Assembly (NCBI GenBank): GCA_036273335.1
Contig: DASUHT010000018.1
Span: 586 to 64,585, forward strand
DNA length: 64,000 nucleotides
Reading direction: 5' to 3'
Origin: Gaiellales bacterium
GTDB taxonomy: Bacteria > Actinomycetota > Thermoleophilia > Gaiellales > JAICJC01
Position 1 is the first letter of the stretch, and each line of letters starts with the position of its first letter. The translations under genes and the position numbers were made by a program. The notes beneath the pieces are model-generated. The model was not told the origin of the DNA. It did no database searches and saw only the letters and a list, made by a program, of their open reading frames with translations. Of the stretch, positions 8,912-17,991 are shown one piece after another.

Positions 8912-9366
8912 TGGAACTGTCACCACTGATCGAGTCGATCCGGGAAGACCTCGCCGCCGCAGCCGAGCTGGGCGACGAGCACGTGCGCGACGCCGCCGAA
9001 CGGCTGGGTCGAGCACTCGAGGCCGCACTTCGCGTGCGGCTGCTGGAAGCGCTCACGATCGCCGCCTATGAGGTCTCGGGCCAGCTCGACTCGGGCAGCG
9101 TCGAGCTCCGCCTGGCCGGCGACGCCGTCGAGCTCGCAGTGATCCGGGGCGAGCCCGAGGCACCGGCTCCGCCGGCGGGCGAGGACGAGGGCACCGCCCG
9201 GCTCACACTGCGCCTGCCGGAGGGCCTCAAGGCCCGCGCCGAGCAGGCGGCCGCCCGCGAGGGCATGTCAACCAACGCGTGGCTGGTGCGCGCGGTGGCG
9301 AGCGGTCTCAGCGACCGCTCGTCGCCGCGGGTCGGGCGCCGGCTGCGCGGTTTCGCCGAGAGCTGA
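8911..9366 (+). CDS. Ribbon-helix-helix (Arc/HicB-antitoxin-like) protein
   Basis: The C-terminal TLRLPEGLKARAEQAAAREGMSTNAWLVRAV is a classic RHH beta-alpha-alpha segment. This protein type commonly precedes DUF4097 genes in actinobacteria. Confidence 0.65.
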   Translation: MELSPLIESIREDLAAAAELGDEHVRDAAERLGRALEAALRVRLLEALTIAAYEVSGQLDSGSVELRLAGDAVELAVIRGEPEAPAPPAGEDEGTARLTLRLPEGLKARAEQAAAREGMSTNAWLVRAVASGLSDRSSPRVGRRLRGFAES

Positions 9367-9381
9367 GAAGGGGGTCCCACC

Positions 9382-9552
9382 ATGCAGTTCACCACCAACC
9401 TTCCCGCCGCAGAGGCACACAAACTGGTGCCCCTGCGCGATCACCCGCGGCCCGCTTTGGCCGAGCCGAGTGCGACGCCGCGGCCGTCCGTCGTCGTCCC
9501 CGTGCGGGCCGCAGCGCGTCGTCCCCGCCAGACCGGGCACGCCCACGCATGA
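9382..9552 (+). CDS. Possible 56-aa small ORF (MQFTTNLPAAEAHKLVPLRDH...)
   Basis: GAAGGGGG lies 7 nt upstream of ATG 9382. About 80% GC3 by eye. Shorter than the ORF-track cutoff. No family recognised. Confidence 0.25.
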   Translation: MQFTTNLPAAEAHKLVPLRDHPRPALAEPSATPRPSVVVPVRAAARRPRQTGHAHA

Positions 9553-9569
9553 GATCAAAGGAGCAAATC

Positions 9570-10400
9570 ATGGTCGCACACAACACCCCGAACGGCGTCA
9601 TCCTCGATCTGCGGCTGGGCGCCGGGTCGATCGAGATCGCAACCGCCGAGGGCGACACGACGACGGTCGATCTGGAGCCGCTGGGCGGCGAGGCGGCCCG
9701 GGCTGCGATCGCGGAGACCACCGAGGAGCTGACCCCCGGTCCGGACGGCCGCATGCGGTTGCGCGTGCATGTGCCGCGCAACAAGGGTGGATTGCTCCGG
9801 TTCCGCGGCGAGCCCGAGATCCGCATGCGGATCGTCGCGCCGCCGGGCGCCGACTTGCAGGCGACCACGGTGTCCGCTGACGTCGCGGCCGAGGGCCGGC
9901 TGGGAACGGCAACCGTGAAGACCGTCTCTGGTGATATCAGCCTGGGCGCGCTCGACGGTGACGCCGAGTTGAAGACCGTGAGCGGCGACGTGCGCTGCGG
10001 CGACGCCGCCGCGGGTGTGCATGTCGACTCTGTCTCGGGCGATGCGCAGCTGGAGCGGGTCGCCGGCAACCTCGCGGTGAAGACCGTATCGGGAGACGTC
10101 AAAACGGGGCCTGCGGGAGCGTCCGTCGACCTTGCGACGGTGTCAGGAGACGTCCGGGTGGCCTCGCTGCGGCGGGGTGAGGCGAAGCTGCGGTCACTGT
10201 CCGGCGACATCGACGTCGCGGTCGAGCGGGGAACCCGGGTCTACATGGACGCCAGCACCCTCTCCGGCGACGCCGGATCGGACCTCGATCTGCAGGACGC
10301 GCCGACCACCGGCGACGGGGCGGAGCTGATGCTGGAGGCGTCGACCAAGAGCGGCGACGTCCGGATCCGGCGGGCGGCGGAGACAGCCGCCGGGTCGTGA
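9570..10400 (+). CDS. DUF4097-family beta-strand repeat protein (putative adhesin domain, LiaG/YvlB-like)
   Basis: AAAGGAG RBS at 9557-9563 and ATG 9570. About nine repeats of the [TS][VLK]SGD[VIA] motif occur at roughly 17-20 aa spacing. Confidence 0.8.
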   Translation: MVAHNTPNGVILDLRLGAGSIEIATAEGDTTTVDLEPLGGEAARAAIAETTEELTPGPDGRMRLRVHVPRNKGGLLRFRGEPEIRMRIVAPPGADLQATTVSADVAAEGRLGTATVKTVSGDISLGALDGDAELKTVSGDVRCGDAAAGVHVDSVSGDAQLERVAGNLAVKTVSGDVKTGPAGASVDLATVSGDVRVASLRRGEAKLRSLSGDIDVAVERGTRVYMDASTLSGDAGSDLDLQDAPTTGDGAELMLEASTKSGDVRIRRAAETAAGS

Positions 10401-11620
10401 CCGCGGCGCCGCTTCGGCGGAACCGCGACTTCCTGCTCTTGTGGAGCGGGCAGGCGCTGTCGGTGCTCGGGTCGAGGGTATCGTCGGTCGCCTACCCGCT
10501 CCTCGTTCTGGAGATGACGGGGTCGCCGTCGACCGCCGCCTTCGTCGGGTTCGCCGGCACGGCGCCCTACCTGCTCCTGCAGCTTCCCGCCGGCGCGCTC
10601 GCCGACCGCCACAACCGGCGGCGGATGATGATCGTCTGCGACTCCGTGCGGGCGCTGGCGCTGCTCTCGGTGGTGGTCGCGCTGGTCGCCGGAACGCTCA
10701 CGGTCGCGCAGCTGATGGTGGTCGCATTCGTCGAGGGCTCGATGTTCGTCGCCTTCTCGGCCGCCGAGACGTCGGCCGTGGCGCACATCGTGCCGGCCGA
10801 GCAGGTGCCGATGGCGCTCTCCCAGAACGAGGCGCGGATGCGTGCCGCCGGCATGGCCGGGCCACCCCTGGGCGGCATCCTTTTCGGGGTCGCGCGCTCG
10901 CTGCCGTTCCTGGCCGATGCGGTCTCCTACCTCGCGTCGCTGGGCACGCTCCTCGCCATCCGGCGGGAGTTCGAGTCGGCGCCGGAACGGTCGCGCGACG
11001 GCCTCCTGCGTGAAATCCGGCTCGGCGTCCGCTGGCTCCTCGGGCATGCCTTCCTGCGCGACACGGCGCTCCTCGTGGCCGGGTCGAACATGCTCTTCCA
11101 GGCGCTCGTCCTGGTGCTGATCGTGCTCGCCAAGGGCCACGGCGCCTCATCAGGCACGGTCGGGCTGATGCTGGCGGGAAGCGGCGTCGGCGGCGTCGCC
11201 GGAGCGCTCGCCGCACCGTGGCTGCAGCGTCGGATCTCGCCCCGCGCGGTGGTCATCGGCGCCAACTGGGCGTGGGCGGTCCTGTTCCCGCTCTTCGCCG
11301 TCCTCGACTCACCATTCGCGCTGGGCGCGGTGTTCGCCGCCTGTGCGTTTGTCGGGCCGGCCTGGAACGTCGTTCTCGGCGCTTACCAGCTGGCGCTCGT
11401 CCCGGACGAGCTGCGCGGCCGCGTCTCCTCGGTCGACCTGTTGATCGCGTTCGGCGCCATTCCGATCGGCTCGCTGCTGGCGGCCGGCCTGCTGTCGGTG
11501 CTCTCACCATCCGGCGCCGCCGCGGCGCTGGCCGTGATCATGCTCGCGGTGGCCATCTCCGCCGTCTCCGCGCCGAGCATCCGCCACGCTCCGCCGCTTC
11601 ACGGGGCCAGGCTCCGTTAA
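10397..11620 (+). CDS. MFS transporter (EntS/DUF894-like)
   Basis: LRRNRDFLLLWSGQALSVLGSRVSSVAYPLLVL is the typical N-terminus. About 12 hydrophobic spans. GTGA overlap with the DUF4097 stop. Confidence 0.85.
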   Translation: MTAAPLRRNRDFLLLWSGQALSVLGSRVSSVAYPLLVLEMTGSPSTAAFVGFAGTAPYLLLQLPAGALADRHNRRRMMIVCDSVRALALLSVVVALVAGTLTVAQLMVVAFVEGSMFVAFSAAETSAVAHIVPAEQVPMALSQNEARMRAAGMAGPPLGGILFGVARSLPFLADAVSYLASLGTLLAIRREFESAPERSRDGLLREIRLGVRWLLGHAFLRDTALLVAGSNMLFQALVLVLIVLAKGHGASSGTVGLMLAGSGVGGVAGALAAPWLQRRISPRAVVIGANWAWAVLFPLFAVLDSPFALGAVFAACAFVGPAWNVVLGAYQLALVPDELRGRVSSVDLLIAFGAIPIGSLLAAGLLSVLSPSGAAAALAVIMLAVAISAVSAPSIRHAPPLHGARLR

Positions 11621-11707
11621 GAAACCGTCACGGCGGTGGGATGGTTACGCGGGTTCGCCGCCGTCGCGGGCGAGTCCGGGGCCAGGCACCGTCACGGAAG
11701 TGTGCGG

Positions 11708-13156
11708 TCAGCCGAAGAGGGAGCCGGAGGCGGTGCGGGCGAGGTCGATCAGCGGCGTGGGCACGATGCCGAGGAAGAGCACGGCCGCCGCCGAGATGCC
11801 CGTCGCGAACGAGGCCAGGCGCAGCCCCGGGGACGGGACGGCGGCGGGCAGCTCGGCGTCGCGGTCGAACAGCGCGAAGGGGATCTTCAGGTAATAGCCG
11901 AGCCCGACCAGGGTGGCGGCGACGCCCGCCGCTGCCAGGTAGGTCTGGCCGTTCTGGACGGCGGCGCTGAAGATGTAGAGCTTGCCGATGAACCCGCCGG
12001 TGGGCGGGAAGCCGGCCAGGCTGAGCATGAACAGGAGCATCGAGATCGAGAGCAGCGGCCGCCGGTAGCCCCAGCCGGCGAAGTCGGCGATCTCGACCGG
12101 CCGGCCCAGCTCGCGCTCGCGGATCGCCACCACGGCGAAGGCGCCGATGTTCATCGTCGCGTAGACCGTCAGGTAGTAGAGGAGCGCTCGCGCGCCCAGG
12201 TTGCTGTTGGCGGCGACCGCCGTCAGCAGGAACCCGGTGTGTCCGACCGTGGAGTAGCCGAGCATCCGCTTGACGTTGGTCTGCCGCAGCGCCGCCAGGT
12301 TGCCCCAGACGAAGGAGACGACGGCGACCGCGGCGACGCCCGTCTCCCAGACGTCGGACTGCCCCGGGAACGCGACCGACAGCACGCGCACCGTCACGAT
12401 CAGCGCAACGGCCTTGGTGGCCGCCGACATGAACGTGGTCACCGGCGTCGGCGCGCCCTCGTAGGCGTCCGGCGTCCACATATGGAACGGGGCGGCGTTC
12501 GCCTTGAACCCGAGGCCGACGATCACGAAGGCGATCCCGGCCAGCAGCAGCACCCCGTGCCGGTCGCCGCCGGCGGCCGCGATCCGGTCGAACTCGAGCT
12601 GCCCGGTCGCGCCGTAGACGAGCGCGGCGCCGTAGAGGATGAAGGCGGCTCCCACCGAGCCCACGATCAGATACTTCAGGCCGCCCTCCAGGGACGGCTC
12701 GGAGTCGATGTCGATCGCGACCAGGACGTAGAGCGCGATCGAGAAGAGCTCCAGGGCCACGAACAGCGTCACGAAGCTGTTTGCCACCGCGAGCAGCGAC
12801 ATGCCGGCGCATGCGGTGAGCAGGAGCGCGTTGAACTCGACCGCCCGCTGCTTGATGCCGCCCGACGAGCCCCAGCTGACGCAGACCGCGAGCAGCCCCG
12901 AGCCGAACACGATCAGCCGGGTCGCCTGGCCGAAGGCGTCGATGCGAAGCGTGTGATCGAAGCTCCAGTGGGCGGCGTGCTGGTACTGCGCGGCGGCGAC
13001 CACCAGCGCCGCCAGGAGCCCGCCTGCCGCCAGAATCGGGGTCAGACGCTCGGCCAGCCGCTGGGGCAGGAAGACGCCTCCGGCCAGCAGCACGCAGGCG
13101 ACCACGATCAGCACGATCTCCGGGGCGATCGCCGAGAAGTTGACCGGCACGTTCAT
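11708..13156 (-). CDS. nuoN: NADH-quinone oxidoreductase subunit N
   Basis: Polytopic antiporter-like subunit and last gene of the nuo operon. ATGA overlap with nuoM. Confidence 0.9.
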   Translation of the reverse strand: MNVPVNFSAIAPEIVLIVVACVLLAGGVFLPQRLAERLTPILAAGGLLAALVVAAAQYQHAAHWSFDHTLRIDAFGQATRLIVFGSGLLAVCVSWGSSGGIKQRAVEFNALLLTACAGMSLLAVANSFVTLFVALELFSIALYVLVAIDIDSEPSLEGGLKYLIVGSVGAAFILYGAALVYGATGQLEFDRIAAAGGDRHGVLLLAGIAFVIVGLGFKANAAPFHMWTPDAYEGAPTPVTTFMSAATKAVALIVTVRVLSVAFPGQSDVWETGVAAVAVVSFVWGNLAALRQTNVKRMLGYSTVGHTGFLLTAVAANSNLGARALLYYLTVYATMNIGAFAVVAIRERELGRPVEIADFAGWGYRRPLLSISMLLFMLSLAGFPPTGGFIGKLYIFSAAVQNGQTYLAAAGVAATLVGLGYYLKIPFALFDRDAELPAAVPSPGLRLASFATGISAAAVLFLGIVPTPLIDLARTASGSLFG

Positions 13157-14607
13157 CGCGAGTCCGATCCGATCACGAAGATCACCCGCGGCGCCGCCGA
13201 GGTCGTCACGGTGATCCGCTTCATCACCCCGTACGGCCAGGCCGTCATCACGAAGAGGATCGCGATCAGGGGGAGCGCGATCGCCAGCTCGCGCAGGTGC
13301 AGGTCGGGCATGCTGGCGGGCACGCTGTCGCCGTCGTTCTCATGGGCGATCGCCGAGTACCAGCGCAGCATGTACATCGCCGCCAGCACGATGCCGAGCG
13401 CCGCCGCTGCCCCCAGCCACTCGTTCTGCTGGAAGGCGCCGATCAGGATGTAGATCTCGCTCACGAACAGGCTCGAGCCGGGAACGGCGAGCGCCCACAG
13501 GGCGGCGATCAGGAACACCGTGGAGGCGATCGGCCGGCCGTTGGCGAGCCCGCCCAGATGGCGGAAGAGGCTGGTGCCGACGCGCAGCTCGAGGACGCCG
13601 ATGAGCAGGAAGGCCGCCAGCGAGACGACCCCGTGGTTGACCATCTGGAAGATCGCGCCGGTGGCGCCGTTCACGTTCAGGGCGAAGATCCCGATGATGA
13701 TCAGGTTCATCTGGGCAAACGACGAGTAGGCGACCACGCCGCGGGCGTCCGGCTGGCGGAAGGCGACCAGCGACCCGTAGAGCAGGCCGGCCAGGCCGAG
13801 CCCCAGGAAGAGCCAGCGCCAGTCGTGGGCCGGGCCCGGGAACATGGGCAGGCAGAAGCGCAGCAGACCGTACGCCCCGGCCTTCGAGACCACGCCCGAG
13901 AGCAGCGCCGTCACCTCGATCGACGACTCCCGGTAGGCCGCCGGCAGCCAGCCGTGCAGGGGGAACATCGGCGCCTTGATGCAGAACGCGGCCGCGAAGG
14001 CCAGGAACAGCCAGACCACCCCGGAGTGCACCTGACCCACCTCGAAGGTGTGGTAGCGGACGCCGATGTAGGCGATGGCGACCAGCATCGAGAGCGATCC
14101 GAGCAGGCTGTAGATGACGAAGCGGAGCGTCGCCGCCCGCCGTCCCGTGCCGCCCCACACCCCCATCAGGACGAACAGCGCGACCATCATGACCTCCCAG
14201 CCCACGTAAAAGAGGACCAGGTCCTGGGCGGTGAAGAGGAGCACCATTGCCGACTCGAGCAGGAGCAGGAGCGCCACGTGGGCGCGCGGGCGGTCTCGGC
14301 CGGCCAGCAGCGAGGCGCCCAGCGCCGCGGCCACCCCGACCGCGGTCAGGGCGACCATGAAGAGGCCCAGTCCGTCCATGCCGACGTGGAAGCGCACGGG
14401 CGCCAGACCAAAGTCGGGGATCCAGCGGTCGTCGGTGACGAACTGCATGCCCGCTCCCACGTCGAAGCGGACGAGCGCCACCGCCGCCAGCACCACCTCG
14501 GCCAGCGTGCCCAGCAACCCGGCGGCGCTTGCCAGGCGGCGATCGAGCGGCAGCACCGCGATCGCCAGCGCGAAGGCCAGCGGCAGGACGATGAGGGCGA
14601 CGGTCAC
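13153..14607 (-). CDS. nuoM: NADH-quinone oxidoreductase subunit M
   Basis: Antiporter-like subunit (...FCIKAPMFPLHGWLPAAY...). GTGA overlap with nuoL. Confidence 0.92.
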   Translation of the reverse strand: MTVALIVLPLAFALAIAVLPLDRRLASAAGLLGTLAEVVLAAVALVRFDVGAGMQFVTDDRWIPDFGLAPVRFHVGMDGLGLFMVALTAVGVAAALGASLLAGRDRPRAHVALLLLLESAMVLLFTAQDLVLFYVGWEVMMVALFVLMGVWGGTGRRAATLRFVIYSLLGSLSMLVAIAYIGVRYHTFEVGQVHSGVVWLFLAFAAAFCIKAPMFPLHGWLPAAYRESSIEVTALLSGVVSKAGAYGLLRFCLPMFPGPAHDWRWLFLGLGLAGLLYGSLVAFRQPDARGVVAYSSFAQMNLIIIGIFALNVNGATGAIFQMVNHGVVSLAAFLLIGVLELRVGTSLFRHLGGLANGRPIASTVFLIAALWALAVPGSSLFVSEIYILIGAFQQNEWLGAAAALGIVLAAMYMLRWYSAIAHENDGDSVPASMPDLHLRELAIALPLIAILFVMTAWPYGVMKRITVTTSAAPRVIFVIGSDSR

Positions 14608-16505
14608 AGGTTCGCCTTCCCGATGAAGAAGACCGCCAGCCCGGCGGCGCCCACCACCAGCAGGCCGGCGTAGAGGCGGACGACCCCGGTCTGCACCTCG
14701 CTGAAGGCGCGGGAGGCGGCCCGGGCGATCCCGCCGACGACGTCCAGCGACCCCCAGGCCACCCAGCGCTCACCGAAGCGGTAGAGGAAGGCCGACACGG
14801 CGGCGGCCGGCCGGTAGGCGATCCGCTCGTACAGCCAGTTCCAGTAGAAGAGGTTCTCGGCCACCGGCGCGACCGCGGCGAACCGGCGGCGGGTCGCGGC
14901 GATCCGCTCCGGGGACTCGTAGGCGCGCCAGACCAGCACGCCGCCGGCGGCGCCAAACGCCCACGAGATGGCGGTCGTGATCAGGTCGTCGGTGGTGGTC
15001 GGCTCGATCGTCGAGACGGTGGACGAGAGCCAGTCGGCGAAGATGTTCTTGAACCCGAAGCCGAGCGACAGGAAGCCGACCAGCACGGTTCCCACGGCGA
15101 GCACCACGCAGGGCCAGAACATCGTCCACGGGGCCTCGGCGTTCCCCTCCTTGTGGAAGTGCTCGCGGGCGAACTCGGACTCCTCGCCGTAGAACGTGAG
15201 CCGCATCAGGCGGACCGCGTAGACGCCGGTCAGGAACGCCCCCGCCAGGCCGCCGACCCAGACGATCCAGGCGGTCGTCGTGCCGTCGTCCAGGGCCGCC
15301 GCCAGGATCTCGTCCTTGGACAGCGGGAAGAAGCCGATGAGCGCGATCACGCCCACCCACATCAGCACCTTGGTGCGGGGGAGCACGGTCTTCAGCCCAC
15401 CCATCCGGCGCACGTCCTGCTCGGCGGCCAGGGCGTGGATGACGATGCCGGCGCACAGGAAGAGGAGCGCCTTGAAGAACGCGTGCGCCAGCAGGTGGTA
15501 CATGCCGGCGGCGTAGGCGGTGACGCCGACCCCGGTGAACATGTAGCCGATCTGGCTCATCGTCGAGTAGGCGATGATCCTCTTGATATCCGTCTGGACG
15601 ATCGCGATGAAGCCCGCCATGAGCAGGGTGGCGACGCCCAGCAGGGCGACCGCATCGAGCACGTCGGGGGCGTTCGCGAAGAGCACGTGCGCCCGCGCCA
15701 CCAGGTAGACGCCGGCGGTCACCATGGTCGCCGCATGGATCAGCGCGGAGACCGGAGTGGGACCCTCCATGGCGTCGGGAAGCCAGGTGTGGAGCGGGAT
15801 CTGGGCCGACTTGGCGACCGCCCCGACCAGCAGCCCGAGCGCCACCAGGTTGGCGTCGGTGGAGCCGCGGGCCCAGTGCTGGGGAGCGGTCTGGAAGACC
15901 GGTCCGAAGTCCGTCGTCCCCAGGTCGCGGACCATGAAGAAGACGGCGATGGCGATGCCGACGTCACCGATGGCGTTCATCACGAACGCCTTCTTGGCCG
16001 CGTCGACCGGCGCCTCGCGCTCGTGCCAGAAGCCGATCAGCAGGTACGACGAGAGGCCGACCAGCCCCCATCCGGCGAGCAGCAGCACGAAGTTGGAGCT
16101 CATGACCAGGAGCAGCATCGAGAACAGGAACAGGTCGAGGTAGGCGAAGAAGCGCCGCTCCTTGGGATCGCCGTGCATGTAGCCGACCGAGTAGAGGACG
16201 ATCAGCGAGCCGACGCCGGACACGATCAGCATCTCGGTCACCGACAGCGTGTCGATCCAGATCGAGAAGCCCACCTTGAAGCTGCCGGAGCCCGCCCAGG
16301 TGTAGGCCGTGTAGGCGAAGTGGCGCTGCGACGGGTCCTTGCCGACCAGCTCCACGAACACTCCCACCGCGGCCACGAAGGCGACCGCGGCGGCGGCCGT
16401 TCCCAGCCACGCCGACGCCTCCCGGCTCGGCCGGGAGCCGAGCAGCGCCAGCGCCGCCATCCCGGCCAGCGGAGCGAACAGACAGATCCAGGCGAGGGTT
16501 TCCAT
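14604..16505 (-). CDS. nuoL: NADH-quinone oxidoreductase subunit L
   Basis: 633 aa. AKSAQIPLHTWLPDAMEGPTPVSALIHAATMVTAGVY is the signature. Confidence 0.95.
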   Translation of the reverse strand: METLAWICLFAPLAGMAALALLGSRPSREASAWLGTAAAAVAFVAAVGVFVELVGKDPSQRHFAYTAYTWAGSGSFKVGFSIWIDTLSVTEMLIVSGVGSLIVLYSVGYMHGDPKERRFFAYLDLFLFSMLLLVMSSNFVLLLAGWGLVGLSSYLLIGFWHEREAPVDAAKKAFVMNAIGDVGIAIAVFFMVRDLGTTDFGPVFQTAPQHWARGSTDANLVALGLLVGAVAKSAQIPLHTWLPDAMEGPTPVSALIHAATMVTAGVYLVARAHVLFANAPDVLDAVALLGVATLLMAGFIAIVQTDIKRIIAYSTMSQIGYMFTGVGVTAYAAGMYHLLAHAFFKALLFLCAGIVIHALAAEQDVRRMGGLKTVLPRTKVLMWVGVIALIGFFPLSKDEILAAALDDGTTTAWIVWVGGLAGAFLTGVYAVRLMRLTFYGEESEFAREHFHKEGNAEAPWTMFWPCVVLAVGTVLVGFLSLGFGFKNIFADWLSSTVSTIEPTTTDDLITTAISWAFGAAGGVLVWRAYESPERIAATRRRFAAVAPVAENLFYWNWLYERIAYRPAAAVSAFLYRFGERWVAWGSLDVVGGIARAASRAFSEVQTGVVRLYAGLLVVGAAGLAVFFIGKANL

Positions 16506-16509
16506 CGAG

Positions 16510-16815
16510 CTAATGGCGAAGCGTGGTCAGGTGATCGACGTCCAGGTCGGCCTTGCGGCGGGCCGTCGCGACCACCAGGCCGAGCCCGATGACGACCTCC
16601 GAGGCGGCCACCGCCATGACCACCAGCGCGAACGTCTGGCCGGCGGTCTGGCCGTTGTAACGGGCGAACGAGATCAGCGCCAGGTTGCAGGAGTTGAGCA
16701 TGATCTCGACCGACAGGAGCAGGATCAGCGGGCTGCGCCGGGTGAAGATTCCGAAGAGGCCGATCCCGAAGAGGATCGCCGACACGCCGATGAAGTACTG
16801 GACGTTGATCTCCAT
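16510..16815 (-). CDS. nuoK: NADH-quinone oxidoreductase subunit K
   Basis: 101 aa with three TM spans, ...LLLSVEIMLNSCNLALI...AAAEVVIGL-type sequence. Confidence 0.93.
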   Translation of the reverse strand: MEINVQYFIGVSAILFGIGLFGIFTRRSPLILLLSVEIMLNSCNLALISFARYNGQTAGQTFALVVMAVAASEVVIGLGLVVATARRKADLDVDHLTTLRH

Positions 16816-17477
16816 CAGCCGTCGTCCCCCTCGGATGCCGTGCCGGCCACCTCGAAACCGGTCTCGACGCCGATCAGCCGCGACTGCACCGAGAGCTCAT
16901 GCGGCGCCACCTCGTGCTCCATCGCCGAGTGCTCGCCTGGCAGCCGCCGTGCGGCCCGCCGCGATCCCAGGACGACGCCGCCGACGGCGGCGACCATGAG
17001 CAGGATCGACGTGGCCTCGAACGCCAGCAGGTAGCGGCCGAGGAACGAGGTACCGACGGCGTTCGGCGAGCCGAAGGTGTCAGCCACGTGCGGCCCCTGG
17101 GTGAGGCTCTGGTCGGCGACCGCGAAGATCACCTCGGCCACCAGCGCGGCGGCGGCGATTGCGGCCAGCGCGAACTGCCACCATGGCCGGTCCCCCGCCG
17201 GCTCCCCGCCCCGGCCGCCCAGATAGGCGGTGACGAACAGGAACATGATCATCACCGCGCCGGCGTACACGATCACCTGCGCCGCCGCCAGGAAGTCGGC
17301 CTGCAGCAGCAGGTAGAAGGTGGCCAGCGCGACCAGGTTGAGGATCAGCAAGAGCGAGGAGTGGAACGGGTTTCGGGCCAGGACGACGCCCAGCGCCGAG
17401 CCGATCGCAAGCAGCGTCGCGACGACGAACACGATGTCGTAGGTGAGGTGCCCCGGCAGGCCGATCAGGAGCGGCAC
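16815..17477 (-). CDS. nuoJ: NADH-quinone oxidoreductase subunit J
   Basis: N-terminus FVVATLLAIGSALGVVLARNPFHSSLLLILNLVALA...VIVYAGAVMIMFLFV. Confidence 0.9.
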   Translation of the reverse strand: MPLLIGLPGHLTYDIVFVVATLLAIGSALGVVLARNPFHSSLLLILNLVALATFYLLLQADFLAAAQVIVYAGAVMIMFLFVTAYLGGRGGEPAGDRPWWQFALAAIAAAALVAEVIFAVADQSLTQGPHVADTFGSPNAVGTSFLGRYLLAFEATSILLMVAAVGGVVLGSRRAARRLPGEHSAMEHEVAPHELSVQSRLIGVETGFEVAGTASEGDDG

Positions 17478-17480
17478 CGG

Positions 17481-17972
17481 CTACGCCTCCGGCGCCGGGT
17501 CGACGATGTCGTAGGGGTCGACGGGGGCGACCGGCGTGGTGCGGCTCGGGTGCATCGGCTCGAGCAGCATCTCCTTCGTGTAGACCATCGCCTCGCGCGA
17601 CATCTCGGCCAGCTCGTAGTCGTGGCCGAGCGTGATCGCGTCGAACGGGCAGGCCAGCTCGCAGTAGCCGCAGAAGATGCAACGGCTCATGTTGATCTCG
17701 TAGATGCGGGCGTACCGCTCGCCGGCCGAGTAGCGCTCCTCGGCGGTGTTCTCGGCGGCCACCACCCGGATGCAGTCGGCCGGGCAGGCGGCCGCGCAGA
17801 GCGAGCAGCCGACGCACTTCTCGAGGCCGTTCTCGTGCCGGTGCAGGCGGTGCCGTCCGCGGAAGCGCGGATACACCGGGCGCTTGTAGTTGGGGTACTG
17901 CTGGGTCACCGGCCGCTTGAAGAGGTGGCGGAAGGTGACCCCGAATCCCTTGACCGAGTCGACGACCGGCAT
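17481..17972 (-). CDS. nuoI: NADH-quinone oxidoreductase subunit I (2x[4Fe-4S] ferredoxin)
   Basis: CVGCSLCAAACP and CIFCGYCELACP motifs. Confidence 0.95.
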   Translation of the reverse strand: MPVVDSVKGFGVTFRHLFKRPVTQQYPNYKRPVYPRFRGRHRLHRHENGLEKCVGCSLCAAACPADCIRVVAAENTAEERYSAGERYARIYEINMSRCIFCGYCELACPFDAITLGHDYELAEMSREAMVYTKEMLLEPMHPSRTTPVAPVDPYDIVDPAPEA

Positions 17973-17991
17973 CAGCTGTGCGTCCCCCTGT

